DNA of 45,793 nt from a virus (taxonomy: Duplodnaviria; Heunggongvirae; Uroviricota; Caudoviricetes), in IMG/VR virus record IMGVR_UViG_3300032287_000839, positions 1-45,793 of that record. One strand, written 5' to 3'. A program made the translations under genes and the position numbers. The notes under the pieces are model-generated. The model searched no databases. It saw only the letters and a program-made list of their open reading frames with translations, and was not told where the DNA came from. Shown in pieces: positions 1 to 7,878 of the stretch. Numbering within the stretch: position 1 is the first letter of the stretch; every line of letters starts with the position of its first letter.

Positions 1-564
1 AGAGAATGGAATACGTTCACCAGACTTGGTCTTTATACCGAGAGTCACTTGGTTCTTCCAGTTATCCTCAATTCTCTGCCATCTCCAATATTCAGGAATA
101 AAATTCAATCCCTTGTCTATCTTGTCCGTAATAAGTTTTATATCTGGTGCATTCAAACCAGCAATAATGTTTTGAGAGTTCTCATCGAATGTGGCTCCCC
201 ATGCTGTATAGCTTGCCTCAATAACGGACTTAGCAAAACGTCTAATACCTAGAATAACCAAGCCCTTCTTTTCTTGTTGGGCTCTATCAATTTCGTTTGT
301 TACTAACCACTCGTTATCTCTCAGTAAAGGATTAGCATATTTCTGTGCGATCCTTCCACTACTATCTATGACATCCACCTCTGTATGCCAGATGTTCAGA
401 TGCCAATATAAAAAGGGGTTGATATATACACCCCCCATCATAGCTCCATTTAGACATAGTTCTTTGTGAAACTCAAAAAATTCATGATACTCCTCTGACT
501 CTTTATCAGGAAGTCTTTTTTGGTTTATGAACCAGTCCTTATAGTCTATATTATGTAGTTCCAT
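1..564 (-). CDS. terL: Terminase large subunit, N-terminal part (runs off the window; absent from the ORF track)
   Basis: Hand-translated from ATG at 564: MELHNIDYKDWFINQKRLP...YINPFLYWHLNIWH...NPLLRDNEW...KGLVILGIRRFAKSVIEASY...; open to base 1; RRxxKS Walker-A-like motif of terminase ATPases; TAATG overlap with the upstream gene. Confidence 0.8.
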   Translation of the reverse strand, partial: MELHNIDYKDWFINQKRLPDKESEEYHEFFEFHKELCLNGAMMGGVYINPFLYWHLNIWHTEVDVIDSSGRIAQKYANPLLRDNEWLVTNEIDRAQQEKKGLVILGIRRFAKSVIEASYTAWGATFDENSQNIIAGLNAPDIKLITDKIDKGLNFIPEYWRWQRIEDNWKNQVTLGIKTKSGERIPFS

Positions 565-896
565 TATTTTCTCATCTTTAAGAAGCGTTCAGCTTGGCCA
601 CCTAATTCCCCTTTACCTCTCACCTCCACCTTTGCTTCTTCCATACTTCTTAACTTATCTACCACCTCCACTAAGGCTAAGTAGTTTTTCATTGTCTCTT
701 GTACAAACTTACCCTGAGCTTCAATGCTAGCAATCACCATTGGTAACATTCCTCCCTTAGCTGTAGGTTTCCACTCAATCCTATCTTTCAATTCATGCAG
801 TGGGTTTGCATCTACATAAGCTTTCCATGAGACAAGCTGTGACTCAGCCCATTCAAGCTCTGTATTTATATATGTAGTTTTTTTAATAGTCGCCAT
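564..896 (-). CDS. Hypothetical protein immediately upstream of terL (possible terminase small subunit)
   Basis: 110 aa helical ORF coupled to terL; function inferred from position only. Confidence 0.6.
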   Translation of the reverse strand: MATIKKTTYINTELEWAESQLVSWKAYVDANPLHELKDRIEWKPTAKGGMLPMVIASIEAQGKFVQETMKNYLALVEVVDKLRSMEEAKVEVRGKGELGGQAERFLKMRK

Positions 897-1167
897 CTGA
901 ATCTTCTTCTTTTAGTATATTATCTAAGTCCATTCCCTCTTTAATGATCTTATCGATCTCTGATTCATCTAGATGAGGGACATCCATCTCAATCTCACTC
1001 TTATACTTATCTAAAGCAAAGGCAATTTCTTTATCAGTCATTCCCCATATATCTCCATAGTCTGCTAAAGCTGTAGCTAAGTGTCTTCCCAAGTTGTATG
1101 TAGGGAAGTCTTTATGTAGTTCTTGTAGAATATGAAGAGCCTGTTGGTATTGGTCTTTTTTACTCAT
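883..1167 (-). CDS. Hypothetical protein
   Basis: 94 aa ORF in an overlapping operon. Confidence 0.75.
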   Translation of the reverse strand: MSKKDQYQQALHILQELHKDFPTYNLGRHLATALADYGDIWGMTDKEIAFALDKYKSEIEMDVPHLDESEIDKIIKEGMDLDNILKEEDSDGDY

Positions 1168-1171
1168 CGTA

Positions 1172-1435
1172 TTATATTAATTCATCTAAATCTTCTTTAG
1201 ACAATTTTTGATTCAAATAGTCTTTTACATCTAACGGAGGAATATCTTCAAAGTTTTCTTCAGAGCCCTCCATCATATACTCAGATGTAAAGGATATAGC
1301 CATCTTATCACTTTCAGAATTTGTGATTCCTGTGATGTCGATATAATCCACACCCTTATTATACAGTTCCATTAGAATGTCTATAAACCCATCCAATGGA
1401 ATCTTCCTAATGCTTACTTGTTCGTTATTTTCCAT
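1172..1435 (-). CDS. Hypothetical acidic protein
   Basis: 87 aa ORF in the operon. Confidence 0.75.
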   Translation of the reverse strand: MENNEQVSIRKIPLDGFIDILMELYNKGVDYIDITGITNSESDKMAISFTSEYMMEGSEENFEDIPPLDVKDYLNQKLSKEDLDELI

Positions 1436-1724
1436 GAACTTCCTTTTTTAATTGTTCTTCCTCTTCTTGGGAGGAAACTACGGCTTTCCATTTATTAAGA
1501 GGACATGCACAAGAAAGACATTTAGTCTTTGCTGCTAGCGTACATCCACACTCTGTACAATGTACATCTGGTCTTACAGACTCATGTTTTGTAGATATGA
1601 ATTCACATTCCTCACAGATAGCCATTCTTTCTTTTCCAACCTGTTGGATATGTTCTTTCATATCAGCAGCTGGGAATAGATTGTTTTTCCAGCCCTCGTA
1701 TATCTGGGAGAAATTAATCTTCAT
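1425..1724 (-). CDS. Cys-rich putative zinc-binding protein
   Basis: CEEC, CTECGC, KTKCLSCACPLNKW. Confidence 0.7.
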   Translation of the reverse strand: MKINFSQIYEGWKNNLFPAADMKEHIQQVGKERMAICEECEFISTKHESVRPDVHCTECGCTLAAKTKCLSCACPLNKWKAVVSSQEEEEQLKKEVHGK

Positions 1725-2067
1725 ATGTAATTTTGGTTTTAAGTTCGTTGATGGTTATATTGGCCTTGTCTATCGTCACCTGGGAAGACCTCTTCTTCTG
1801 ATCTGTAGACATTGGGTCTGCAATGATCTTTTCCATGGCTCCTATCTTAGCGTTCAATTGCTCCATCCTTTTTGTAGCCTTCTTCTGGTTAAAGAAGAAC
1901 TTCCCAAATCCAGCTATCTCCACACTGTTATTTAAATCCATAGCCTCGTTGGCTGACTGAAACTGGTGGTTAATCACTGCCTCTATCGTCTTCTCACTTG
2001 TCAACATCTTCACAGCTAACGTCCTAACCAAGAAGTCCTTGACCGACATGCTCACTGGCTTATCCAT
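1714..2067 (-). CDS. HU/IHF-like DNA-binding protein
   Basis: TIEAVINHQF...NNSVEIAGFGKFFF matches the HU signature V.I.GFG.F. Confidence 0.75.
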   Translation of the reverse strand: MDKPVSMSVKDFLVRTLAVKMLTSEKTIEAVINHQFQSANEAMDLNNSVEIAGFGKFFFNQKKATKRMEQLNAKIGAMEKIIADPMSTDQKKRSSQVTIDKANITINELKTKITYED

Positions 2068-2416
2068 GCGTTACATTTATTTGTAATGTAATGTCCTTAT
2101 CGAAGTTGAGCACAATGATTGGATTGACCTTCACCTTTGTACCGTCCTTTATAAACACCCCTATACGCTTAAGCTTACTAATCATATTGTTTATTGTGGG
2201 AGGACTGCTTTTATACTTCTCACAGAATTCTGAACGTATGTTAGCATAACTGATGTTACCCTTAATAGCTGTAAAGGCTATCAATTGTATCTCTCTAGGT
2301 GTAAGACCAAGATTGTTAACAGCTGACAACAAGCTATAATACTTCTCAGCTACACCAAAGCTATCTTCTAGCTGTGTCTTGAGCTTCTGTACAATAATGT
2401 TGTTGGTCTTTTCCAT
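2060..2416 (-). CDS. Hypothetical protein, possible winged-HTH
   Basis: 118 aa; LTPREIQLI...PTINNMISKLKRIGVFIK...KVKVNP; first gene after a promoter. Confidence 0.6.
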   Translation of the reverse strand: MEKTNNIIVQKLKTQLEDSFGVAEKYYSLLSAVNNLGLTPREIQLIAFTAIKGNISYANIRSEFCEKYKSSPPTINNMISKLKRIGVFIKDGTKVKVNPIIVLNFDKDITLQINVTHG

Positions 2417-2428
2417 ATTTAATTAATA

Positions 2429-2459
2429 CAAAGGTAGGTGTATTCTGTTGATTAACAAA
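2429..2459 (-). promoter_or_regulatory. Bacteroidetes sigma-ABfr-type promoter for the leftward operon
   Basis: Minus strand TTTG-N19-TACCTTTG, 12 nt before the ATG at 2416. Confidence 0.75.
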
Positions 2460-2543
2460 TAACTATTCTTATTATTGTTAAACTTATTGCTATATTATGC
2501 TTTATTTTTCCCAATTACATATAATAGAATATCTTTCTCAAAG

Positions 2544-2564
2544 CCCCCCCTTGTATTCCCCCCC
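2544..2564 (-). repeat. G7-N7-G7 tract (C7-TTGTATT-C7 on the plus strand)
   Basis: Seen directly; unusual in an AT-rich intergenic region. Confidence 0.8.
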
Positions 2565-2870
2565 AAAAATCTGTATAATATCTGACACTACCAAATTTAT
2601 TTTTAAATGTAAAGGGATAGCTTGACCAAAAATTTTTTTCAAAATTAGGAAACCTCTTATATTGATGGGAGGGGAGACCACTCCATATCACAACCCCCTG
2701 TGCAAGTTGGGAGGTTGGGGCTATCCCCCAGGCTCTTGGCTGAAGAGGTTGGATTACAATTAGGCAATTGAGAAAAGAAAATTGCCACACCCTCTCGTAA
2801 CCCTTCCTAGCCCAGTCATAACCCTTTCAAAATATTAGATAATTTATTCATAATCAAAAACCAAAACAAA

Positions 2871-3290
2871 ATGGCTCTAAATTTCAAGGTGCGTGAAGCA
2901 CAAACAACAGTAAATGCCACATCATTAGGCACAGTAGCTAACGCAGTAGGTAAAGGTGGAAGCGTAGACTTCATACCTTCTAACTTAACTTCTACAGACA
3001 GAAGGTTAGTTGTTATCCTTAAGAAGGCAGACGGTACACAAGACCAAGTGATTTGTTCTCAAGCTGTTAGCGATGCTTTCAGAAGTAAAGAAATCACATT
3101 GAACCAATTATTAGGGTTCGAAATTAAAGAACAAGTTAGTTCAGCAGGCGAATTGTACAACCAAATCAATATGCCAAGTTCTAACACAGGCTTAATCAGC
3201 TACTCAGTTGATAACATCGCTGTTGAAGAGTTCAAAGTAGAAGCTCTTACAGAAGATAAGATTAAGAATTTAATCTCAGTAAGCTTGTAA
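2871..3290 (+). CDS. Hypothetical protein, first gene of the rightward block
   Basis: 139 aa ORF with A-rich leader, followed by a hairpin. Confidence 0.85.
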   Translation: MALNFKVREAQTTVNATSLGTVANAVGKGGSVDFIPSNLTSTDRRLVVILKKADGTQDQVICSQAVSDAFRSKEITLNQLLGFEIKEQVSSAGELYNQINMPSSNTGLISYSVDNIAVEEFKVEALTEDKIKNLISVSL

Positions 3291-3300
3291 TTCATTGAAT

Positions 3301-3328
3301 AACAGGTGGTTAGTAATAGCCACTTGTT
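3301..3328 (+). terminator. Hairpin after the first rightward gene
   Basis: AACAGGTGGTTA-GTAA-TAGCCACTTGTT followed by ATTCTTCTTT. Confidence 0.55.
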
Positions 3329-3363
3329 ATTCTTCTTTAATTAGTTCATCATATTATATATAT

Positions 3364-3390
3364 GGGTGGGCTGTCAGGCTTTAGGGTGGG
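3364..3390 (+). repeat. GGGTGGG direct repeat, potential G-quadruplex
   Basis: GGG-T-GGG-N13-GGG-T-GGG. Confidence 0.7.
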
Positions 3391-3406
3391 AAAAAACACT
3401 GACAAT

Positions 3407-3422
3407 TGTTCCACGTGGAACA
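3407..3422. promoter_or_regulatory. parS: parS centromere-like palindrome (ParB-binding site)
   Basis: Perfect 16-bp palindrome TGTTCCACGTGGAACA matching the bacterial chromosomal parS consensus, in non-coding DNA. Confidence 0.8.
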
Positions 3423-3538
3423 TTTTATGTATATAAAATAGTAGGTGTGTCATCAATCCCTGGTATACAGGCTTTAAACAACATTCATCATCTATGCTAT
3501 AGCAATACAATATATATAGCATTAAAATCTACAATTAT

Positions 3539-3748
3539 ATGAAGAAGACATTCTTTCTCTCTATAGTATTATTAAGTTTAGTCTTTGTTATGGGCTTAGT
3601 AATAGGTCGTGTATACATGCCTCAATACGATATGCCTGAAGAGTTTAATACAGAGACTATTAGTAAGGATAGACTAAATCCTACACAGCTAATGGTTGTA
3701 TATGATGATAAGTCAGGTAAATACCTATTTGAATTCATGGATCAATAA
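3539..3748 (+). CDS. Small membrane-anchored protein
   Basis: N-terminal hydrophobic stretch. Confidence 0.7.
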   Translation: MKKTFFLSIVLLSLVFVMGLVIGRVYMPQYDMPEEFNTETISKDRLNPTQLMVVYDDKSGKYLFEFMDQ

Positions 3749-3773
3749 TACATACACACACAAATAACCAATT

Positions 3774-3866
3774 ATGAAAAACTTATTTAACCACGAGGAT
3801 GATGCATATGCAATTGTATTAATCCTCATTATAGCTCTTGGTTGTACATTAGGAGCTTTGATATAG
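3774..3866 (+). CDS. 30 aa hydrophobic peptide (MKNLFNHEDDAYAIVLILIIALGCTLGALI)
   Basis: Hand-translated; typical A-rich ATTATG start. Confidence 0.5.
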   Translation: MKNLFNHEDDAYAIVLILIIALGCTLGALI

Positions 3867-3970
3867 CCTTATTATATATCTCTTTAGCTATTAGCCTTTA
3901 GCGTGCCAAAGGTAGAGATATATTAAAGATAGTATGCACCAGTTGCATATTGTTTGTTTTTAATCATAAC

Positions 3971-4003
3971 GCACCTACATTCTCTATGTGGGTGCCTTTT
4001 TTT
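3971..4003 (+). terminator. Rho-independent terminator
   Basis: GCACCTACAT-TCTCT-ATGTGGGTGC followed by a T7 tract. Confidence 0.75.
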
Positions 4004-4044
4004 ACACAACACATTATTAATCAATCATTTAACAACACTTATTT

Positions 4045-4293
4045 ATGAAAAAATTTGAATTATACATAGCAATAGCTATATTTATCATCACTACGTTCCT
4101 TATTATTACTATACCAATGTCATTTGAGTATTCTAATGGACTATTGGCATTAGTTTGTTTTATCTCTGCTGCAGGTTATATTGCAGGCTATTTAGTATTA
4201 GAAAACTATTTGTCTAGACATGAAATGCACCATTATTTCAAGGGATTTGATGATGCAACATCATTATATGCACATCGTCCAAAACAACATTAA
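4045..4293 (+). CDS. Small membrane protein with two predicted TM segments
   Basis: Two hydrophobic segments. Confidence 0.7.
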   Translation: MKKFELYIAIAIFIITTFLIITIPMSFEYSNGLLALVCFISAAGYIAGYLVLENYLSRHEMHHYFKGFDDATSLYAHRPKQH

Positions 4294-4305
4294 TATAGCA
4301 ATAAT

Positions 4306-4446
4306 ATGAAGACAGTACAATTAACACCAAACGAATTCTATATATTTAAGCAGATTGCCAAGTTTAAATATATAATAGAACTTATTAAACATCAGCAGGT
4401 ATTTGTTACAGCTGATATCAACGAATTGTCCAAGTTGGGTTATTAG
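4306..4446 (+). CDS. 46 aa hypothetical protein (MKTVQLTPNEFYIFKQ...)
   Basis: Hand-translated; fills the gap before a terminator. Confidence 0.6.
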   Translation: MKTVQLTPNEFYIFKQIAKFKYIIELIKHQQVFVTADINELSKLGY

Positions 4447-4460
4447 GCAATGTGTGTGGG

Positions 4461-4496
4461 TAGAGCTCAGATATAATGTCTGGGCTCTATTTTTTA
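4461..4496 (+). terminator. Rho-independent terminator
   Basis: TAGAGCTCAGA-TATAATG-TCTGGGCTCTA followed by a T tract. Confidence 0.75.
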
Positions 4497-4517
4497 TTTA
4501 TCATTAAAAACTAACAT

Positions 4518-5051
4518 ATGTTTATATTAGGCAAATTAGTATTTCAATCTTACGTACCAAGTGAGTTTGAAAAAGGCATGCTATTCTTAAGAAGAATAAG
4601 CATGGTAAAGGTGAGAACACTTATAGAATATAATGAGGTGTTTGAACTAAAAGAGATTCCAAGAGATATAGAGTCATTTGTATTAATCAATGGTTGGCCT
4701 GTTGCTCCATTTATATTTAGTATAACAGCTAATCCTGATTCATTTGCTGATCCATTAGCTACACCAGACCAATTAGGTTGGTTTGATGAGGGTGAACATT
4801 CTGATGAGCTTCGAGATGTAAATATTAAAGATTATAACTATATATTAGAAGAACAAGATGGATATATAGAAATCGAAGTTGATGCATTTATAGATGAAGA
4901 TGATGAGGAAATAGTTACACCAACATTATATATGGATAAAGTGACTATTAGAATACCAACAGATGAAGAGTATTACGATGAGGATGATGAGGATTATGAT
5001 GATGAAGAAGAAGACTGGGATGATATGGATGATGAACCAGAAGAAGATTAG
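4518..5051 (+). CDS. Highly acidic early protein
   Basis: D/E-rich throughout; C-terminus DEEYYDEDDEDYDDEEEDWDDMDDEPEED. Confidence 0.85.
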   Translation: MFILGKLVFQSYVPSEFEKGMLFLRRISMVKVRTLIEYNEVFELKEIPRDIESFVLINGWPVAPFIFSITANPDSFADPLATPDQLGWFDEGEHSDELRDVNIKDYNYILEEQDGYIEIEVDAFIDEDDEEIVTPTLYMDKVTIRIPTDEEYYDEDDEDYDDEEEDWDDMDDEPEED

Positions 5052-5074
5052 ATAATATTTAAATTAAATAACAT

Positions 5075-5320
5075 ATGAAAAATGTATTAGAATTACTATT
5101 TAAGGACAAAGCTCCTGAAGATAGACCAAAGATTTGTGTAATACGTACACAATCTACTGTTACACCTGAAGAGCAATTAGACTACCAAGAATGGGCTGCC
5201 ATTAATAGAGTTGGTATTGCTATTGAGCAAAGGGAAGGAATATATAATGGTCAATCTATGATGCAACTATGGGATCAAGATAGACATATGGACTATTATA
5301 AGAAATTAAAAATTAGTTAA
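5075..5320 (+). CDS. Hypothetical protein
   Basis: 81 aa ORF in the operon. Confidence 0.75.
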   Translation: MKNVLELLFKDKAPEDRPKICVIRTQSTVTPEEQLDYQEWAAINRVGIAIEQREGIYNGQSMMQLWDQDRHMDYYKKLKIS

Positions 5321-5321
5321 T

Positions 5322-5891
5322 ATGCCTAATTTATTACCTGAAACATATATACACAGAGATAATAAACATTTAGTGAGACAATTAATCTTTAAAGAGATAT
5401 ATGATAACTATTTGAAATATAAAGCTATTGTTGGATTAGGTGGACCTGACATTAACTCATATTGTGAACAGCTCTATAAAGCTGGAATCAAAAAGATTGA
5501 AATATGGGAGAATGATCAGGCCACAGCTAATAAACAAGCTAGATTTATTAAATATCCTGTTAGAATGAGATTTGGTGATGTACTAGCTGCTAATCCAGAT
5601 AAGATTAATACATTATATGATCTTGATTTTACGATAACAGTGAAGAACTTACATCAACATATATCCAAGTTTAAAGATAATTTCATTATGACATTCTCTG
5701 GTAGACTAAAAGGTGGGATTGAACGCATAATATATGAGTTCTTTTATGTACGTAATGAGAGTATATATTCTATTGTAGAGAAGCATAAAGATGGAATACC
5801 ATATAAATCCATTACAACAACTAGAGGCAGATATATGTTTGTCCCTTATTATGACACAACACCAATGTGTTGTATAGCTAAAATTAGATAA
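5322..5891 (+). CDS. Putative degenerate SAM-dependent methyltransferase-fold protein
   Basis: IVGLGGP, IEIWEND, FGDV and YDLDF occur in Rossmann MTase motif order I-IV. Confidence 0.45.
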   Translation: MPNLLPETYIHRDNKHLVRQLIFKEIYDNYLKYKAIVGLGGPDINSYCEQLYKAGIKKIEIWENDQATANKQARFIKYPVRMRFGDVLAANPDKINTLYDLDFTITVKNLHQHISKFKDNFIMTFSGRLKGGIERIIYEFFYVRNESIYSIVEKHKDGIPYKSITTTRGRYMFVPYYDTTPMCCIAKIR

Positions 5892-5909
5892 CAATTAAAA
5901 TAAACACAC

Positions 5910-6134
5910 ATGGCAACATTAATCGATTCAAGCAGAAATTATTCGCACTTAGAAGTGCTATCTTACACAGCTGATGTAGCTGTTGATAAGTTTATTGAAG
6001 CAGTCTATAGATTATCTAGACTAGATGCTTCTAAAAGGTTGATAATCAAGGATGGTAGATATATGTACACACCTTCAGATGAGTACAATAATATACCAGG
6101 CAAATTAATTAGATTTAAAAACTACAAAAGATGA
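5910..6134 (+). CDS. Hypothetical protein
   Basis: 74 aa ORF. Confidence 0.7.
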   Translation: MATLIDSSRNYSHLEVLSYTADVAVDKFIEAVYRLSRLDASKRLIIKDGRYMYTPSDEYNNIPGKLIRFKNYKR

Positions 6135-6265
6135 TTTATTTAGTTATCTTTGTGTTACTAAGCATCATTGTATGGTTGTCCTATGAATTTAATAGGGCAC
6201 CATACATGGATGATGATGGTAACATAATTAAAAAAGACAAAAATGATGATTCACGAACTAGTTAA
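6131..6265 (+). CDS. 44 aa membrane-anchored peptide (MIYLVIFVLLSIIVWLSYEF...)
   Basis: Hand-translated; ATGA overlap with the previous stop. Confidence 0.55.
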   Translation: MIYLVIFVLLSIIVWLSYEFNRAPYMDDDGNIIKKDKNDDSRTS

Positions 6266-6467
6266 TCCAATTGATGTAGAAACACCATTAGGACACGGTA
6301 AAGCAATAGCTTGGTTAGATTATGGAAGTCAAGTTAACACTGTATGGAAAGTTGTACTTTACGAAAATGGTATGGTGAGAAATTTCTACGATGATGATGT
6401 ATTTGTTTACCCTAATAAAATGGACGGAGGTGCAATTCATACAAGCTTCAACAATAAAGACATCTAA
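6243..6467 (+). CDS. Hypothetical phage protein
   Basis: 74 aa; VETPLGHGKAIAWLDYG. Confidence 0.7.
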   Translation: MMIHELVNPIDVETPLGHGKAIAWLDYGSQVNTVWKVVLYENGMVRNFYDDDVFVYPNKMDGGAIHTSFNNKDI

Positions 6468-6581
6468 TGAACCAATAACTGATATACCAGAAGGATATCA
6501 TGTTAAAAAGATCAAAAAGAAGTATTACTTAATCAAGACAACTGTCATTGAATTAGAGTATCCAATCAAAAAATCTAGTAA

Positions 6582-6770
6582 ATGAATAATTACGAAATTA
6601 AACAGTCTGCAATATTGCAGATGGAAATAGATTATTTACGTGATCAGCTAGCTAAATATAAGCAAGAAAATACAGAGCTTAAAGAAAAACTAGACAAACG
6701 TAGAAGAAAGACAGGCACGAAAGTGTATTCAATCATTATTAAACAAGAAGAACATGCAAGATTATCTTAA
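6582..6770 (+). CDS. Coiled-coil hypothetical protein
   Basis: Heptad-like LQMEIDYLRDQLAKYKQENTELKEKL. Confidence 0.65.
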   Translation: MNNYEIKQSAILQMEIDYLRDQLAKYKQENTELKEKLDKRRRKTGTKVYSIIIKQEEHARLS

Positions 6771-6924
6771 ATTTTGTTGGGATTCGTTAATCCACCCAGA
6801 AAGACCAGAATATATATTAGCACCAATACAATTGATATTGTTTGCTATATTTTGGTATTTTGCTATTAGCGTGACAATTGATCTTTATAAATACAATAAA
6901 TACATTAAAAATGGCAAAAAGTAA
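6754..6924 (+). CDS. 56 aa membrane peptide (MQDYLKFCWDSLIHP...)
   Basis: Hand-translated; overlaps both neighbours. Confidence 0.5.
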   Translation: MQDYLKFCWDSLIHPERPEYILAPIQLILFAIFWYFAISVTIDLYKYNKYIKNGKK

Positions 6925-7186
6925 ATCAAATCCTATTCAAGGATATTTCTTTATGAGTGTTACAAATGGTGAATTGAGTGTTGATTGCACAGGTGATTCT
7001 GATGTATTGTCTGCAGCATTTGCTACACTTATCATTAGTAAAGAAAAGAATGAAAAGGGTGTACAGCAAATATTAGCTAATGCAGTGGCAATAGCTGCTG
7101 AACATTTAGCTGCAAAAGAGAAATATGTTTCTAAAACAGCTAAAAAAGTGGCTAAAACACCTACAAAATCAGTAAATAAGAAATAA
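6911..7186 (+). CDS. Hypothetical protein with a basic tail
   Basis: Likely start MAKSKSNP at 6911 inside track ORF 6878..7186. Confidence 0.7.
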   Translation: MAKSKSNPIQGYFFMSVTNGELSVDCTGDSDVLSAAFATLIISKEKNEKGVQQILANAVAIAAEHLAAKEKYVSKTAKKVAKTPTKSVNKK

Positions 7187-7196
7187 ATTTCTAATT

Positions 7197-7418
7197 ATGA
7201 GATGGGAAATAAAAAGACAAGAAGAACCAAAGCCAGGTGATGTTAGATTTAAAACTAGATTTGCTTGGTTACCAACACGTGTTCTTAGTAAAATAACTAT
7301 GACCGATCACATGATGTGGTTACAATTATATGTTGAAGAACAAGAATACATTAGAAGTGTACATCATAATGAAATAGTATCAGAATGGCACACTGTATCT
7401 AAAACTATACATATATAA
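7197..7418 (+). CDS. Hypothetical protein
   Basis: 73 aa; KTRFAWLPTRV. Confidence 0.7.
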   Translation: MRWEIKRQEEPKPGDVRFKTRFAWLPTRVLSKITMTDHMMWLQLYVEEQEYIRSVHHNEIVSEWHTVSKTIHI

Positions 7419-7624
7419 TGGAGACATATATAAATGAAGCTGATATTTTGGTTAGTATCAAGAAGCATCGAGATAGCTTGTCATATGATGAGCTATTCGA
7501 TGTTGAAATAGAAACTAGCAAAATGAAACTCAGTGATAAAACTAGAGAAAAGCTTAAAAATAAACCTACAGCCTCACAAGTGAGAATGAAGAGATATGGT
7601 ATGCATAAAGCTAAAAACAAATAA
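7418..7624 (+). CDS. Hypothetical protein
   Basis: TAATG coupling. Confidence 0.65.
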   Translation: METYINEADILVSIKKHRDSLSYDELFDVEIETSKMKLSDKTREKLKNKPTASQVRMKRYGMHKAKNK

Positions 7625-7627
7625 CCT

Positions 7628-7876
7628 ATGAAAAAATATATAAACGCTATTCTTACATTAAGTTCTGTGCTCGTGTTATTTTATATAATATATGACCAGC
7701 ACAAACAAATTAATAAATATAAAGAAATGGAAAAGAGCATGGAAGTTTTACAAACTGACTCATTTCAATTTCACTTGATGGCTGATAGATATGCTATTGC
7801 GTTAGAATTATTGAGAGAACAAGATAGTGTAGCTGCAGCTAAGTTTGAACATATACTACAACAAGAAACTGAATAA
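7628..7876 (+). CDS. Membrane-anchored coiled-coil protein
   Basis: N-terminal TM segment. Confidence 0.7.
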   Translation: MKKYINAILTLSSVLVLFYIIYDQHKQINKYKEMEKSMEVLQTDSFQFHLMADRYAIALELLREQDSVAAAKFEHILQQETE

Positions 7877-7878
7877 TT

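Noticed and set aside
2417-3538. tRNA genes or an att site in the large intergenic regions
   Set aside because: No cloverleaf with a T-loop (GTTCRA) or CCA end was recognised, and there is no integrase in the window.
7274-7283. Second parS-like palindrome AACACGTGTT
   Set aside because: Only the CACGTG core matches, the arms are wrong, and it lies inside a CDS.
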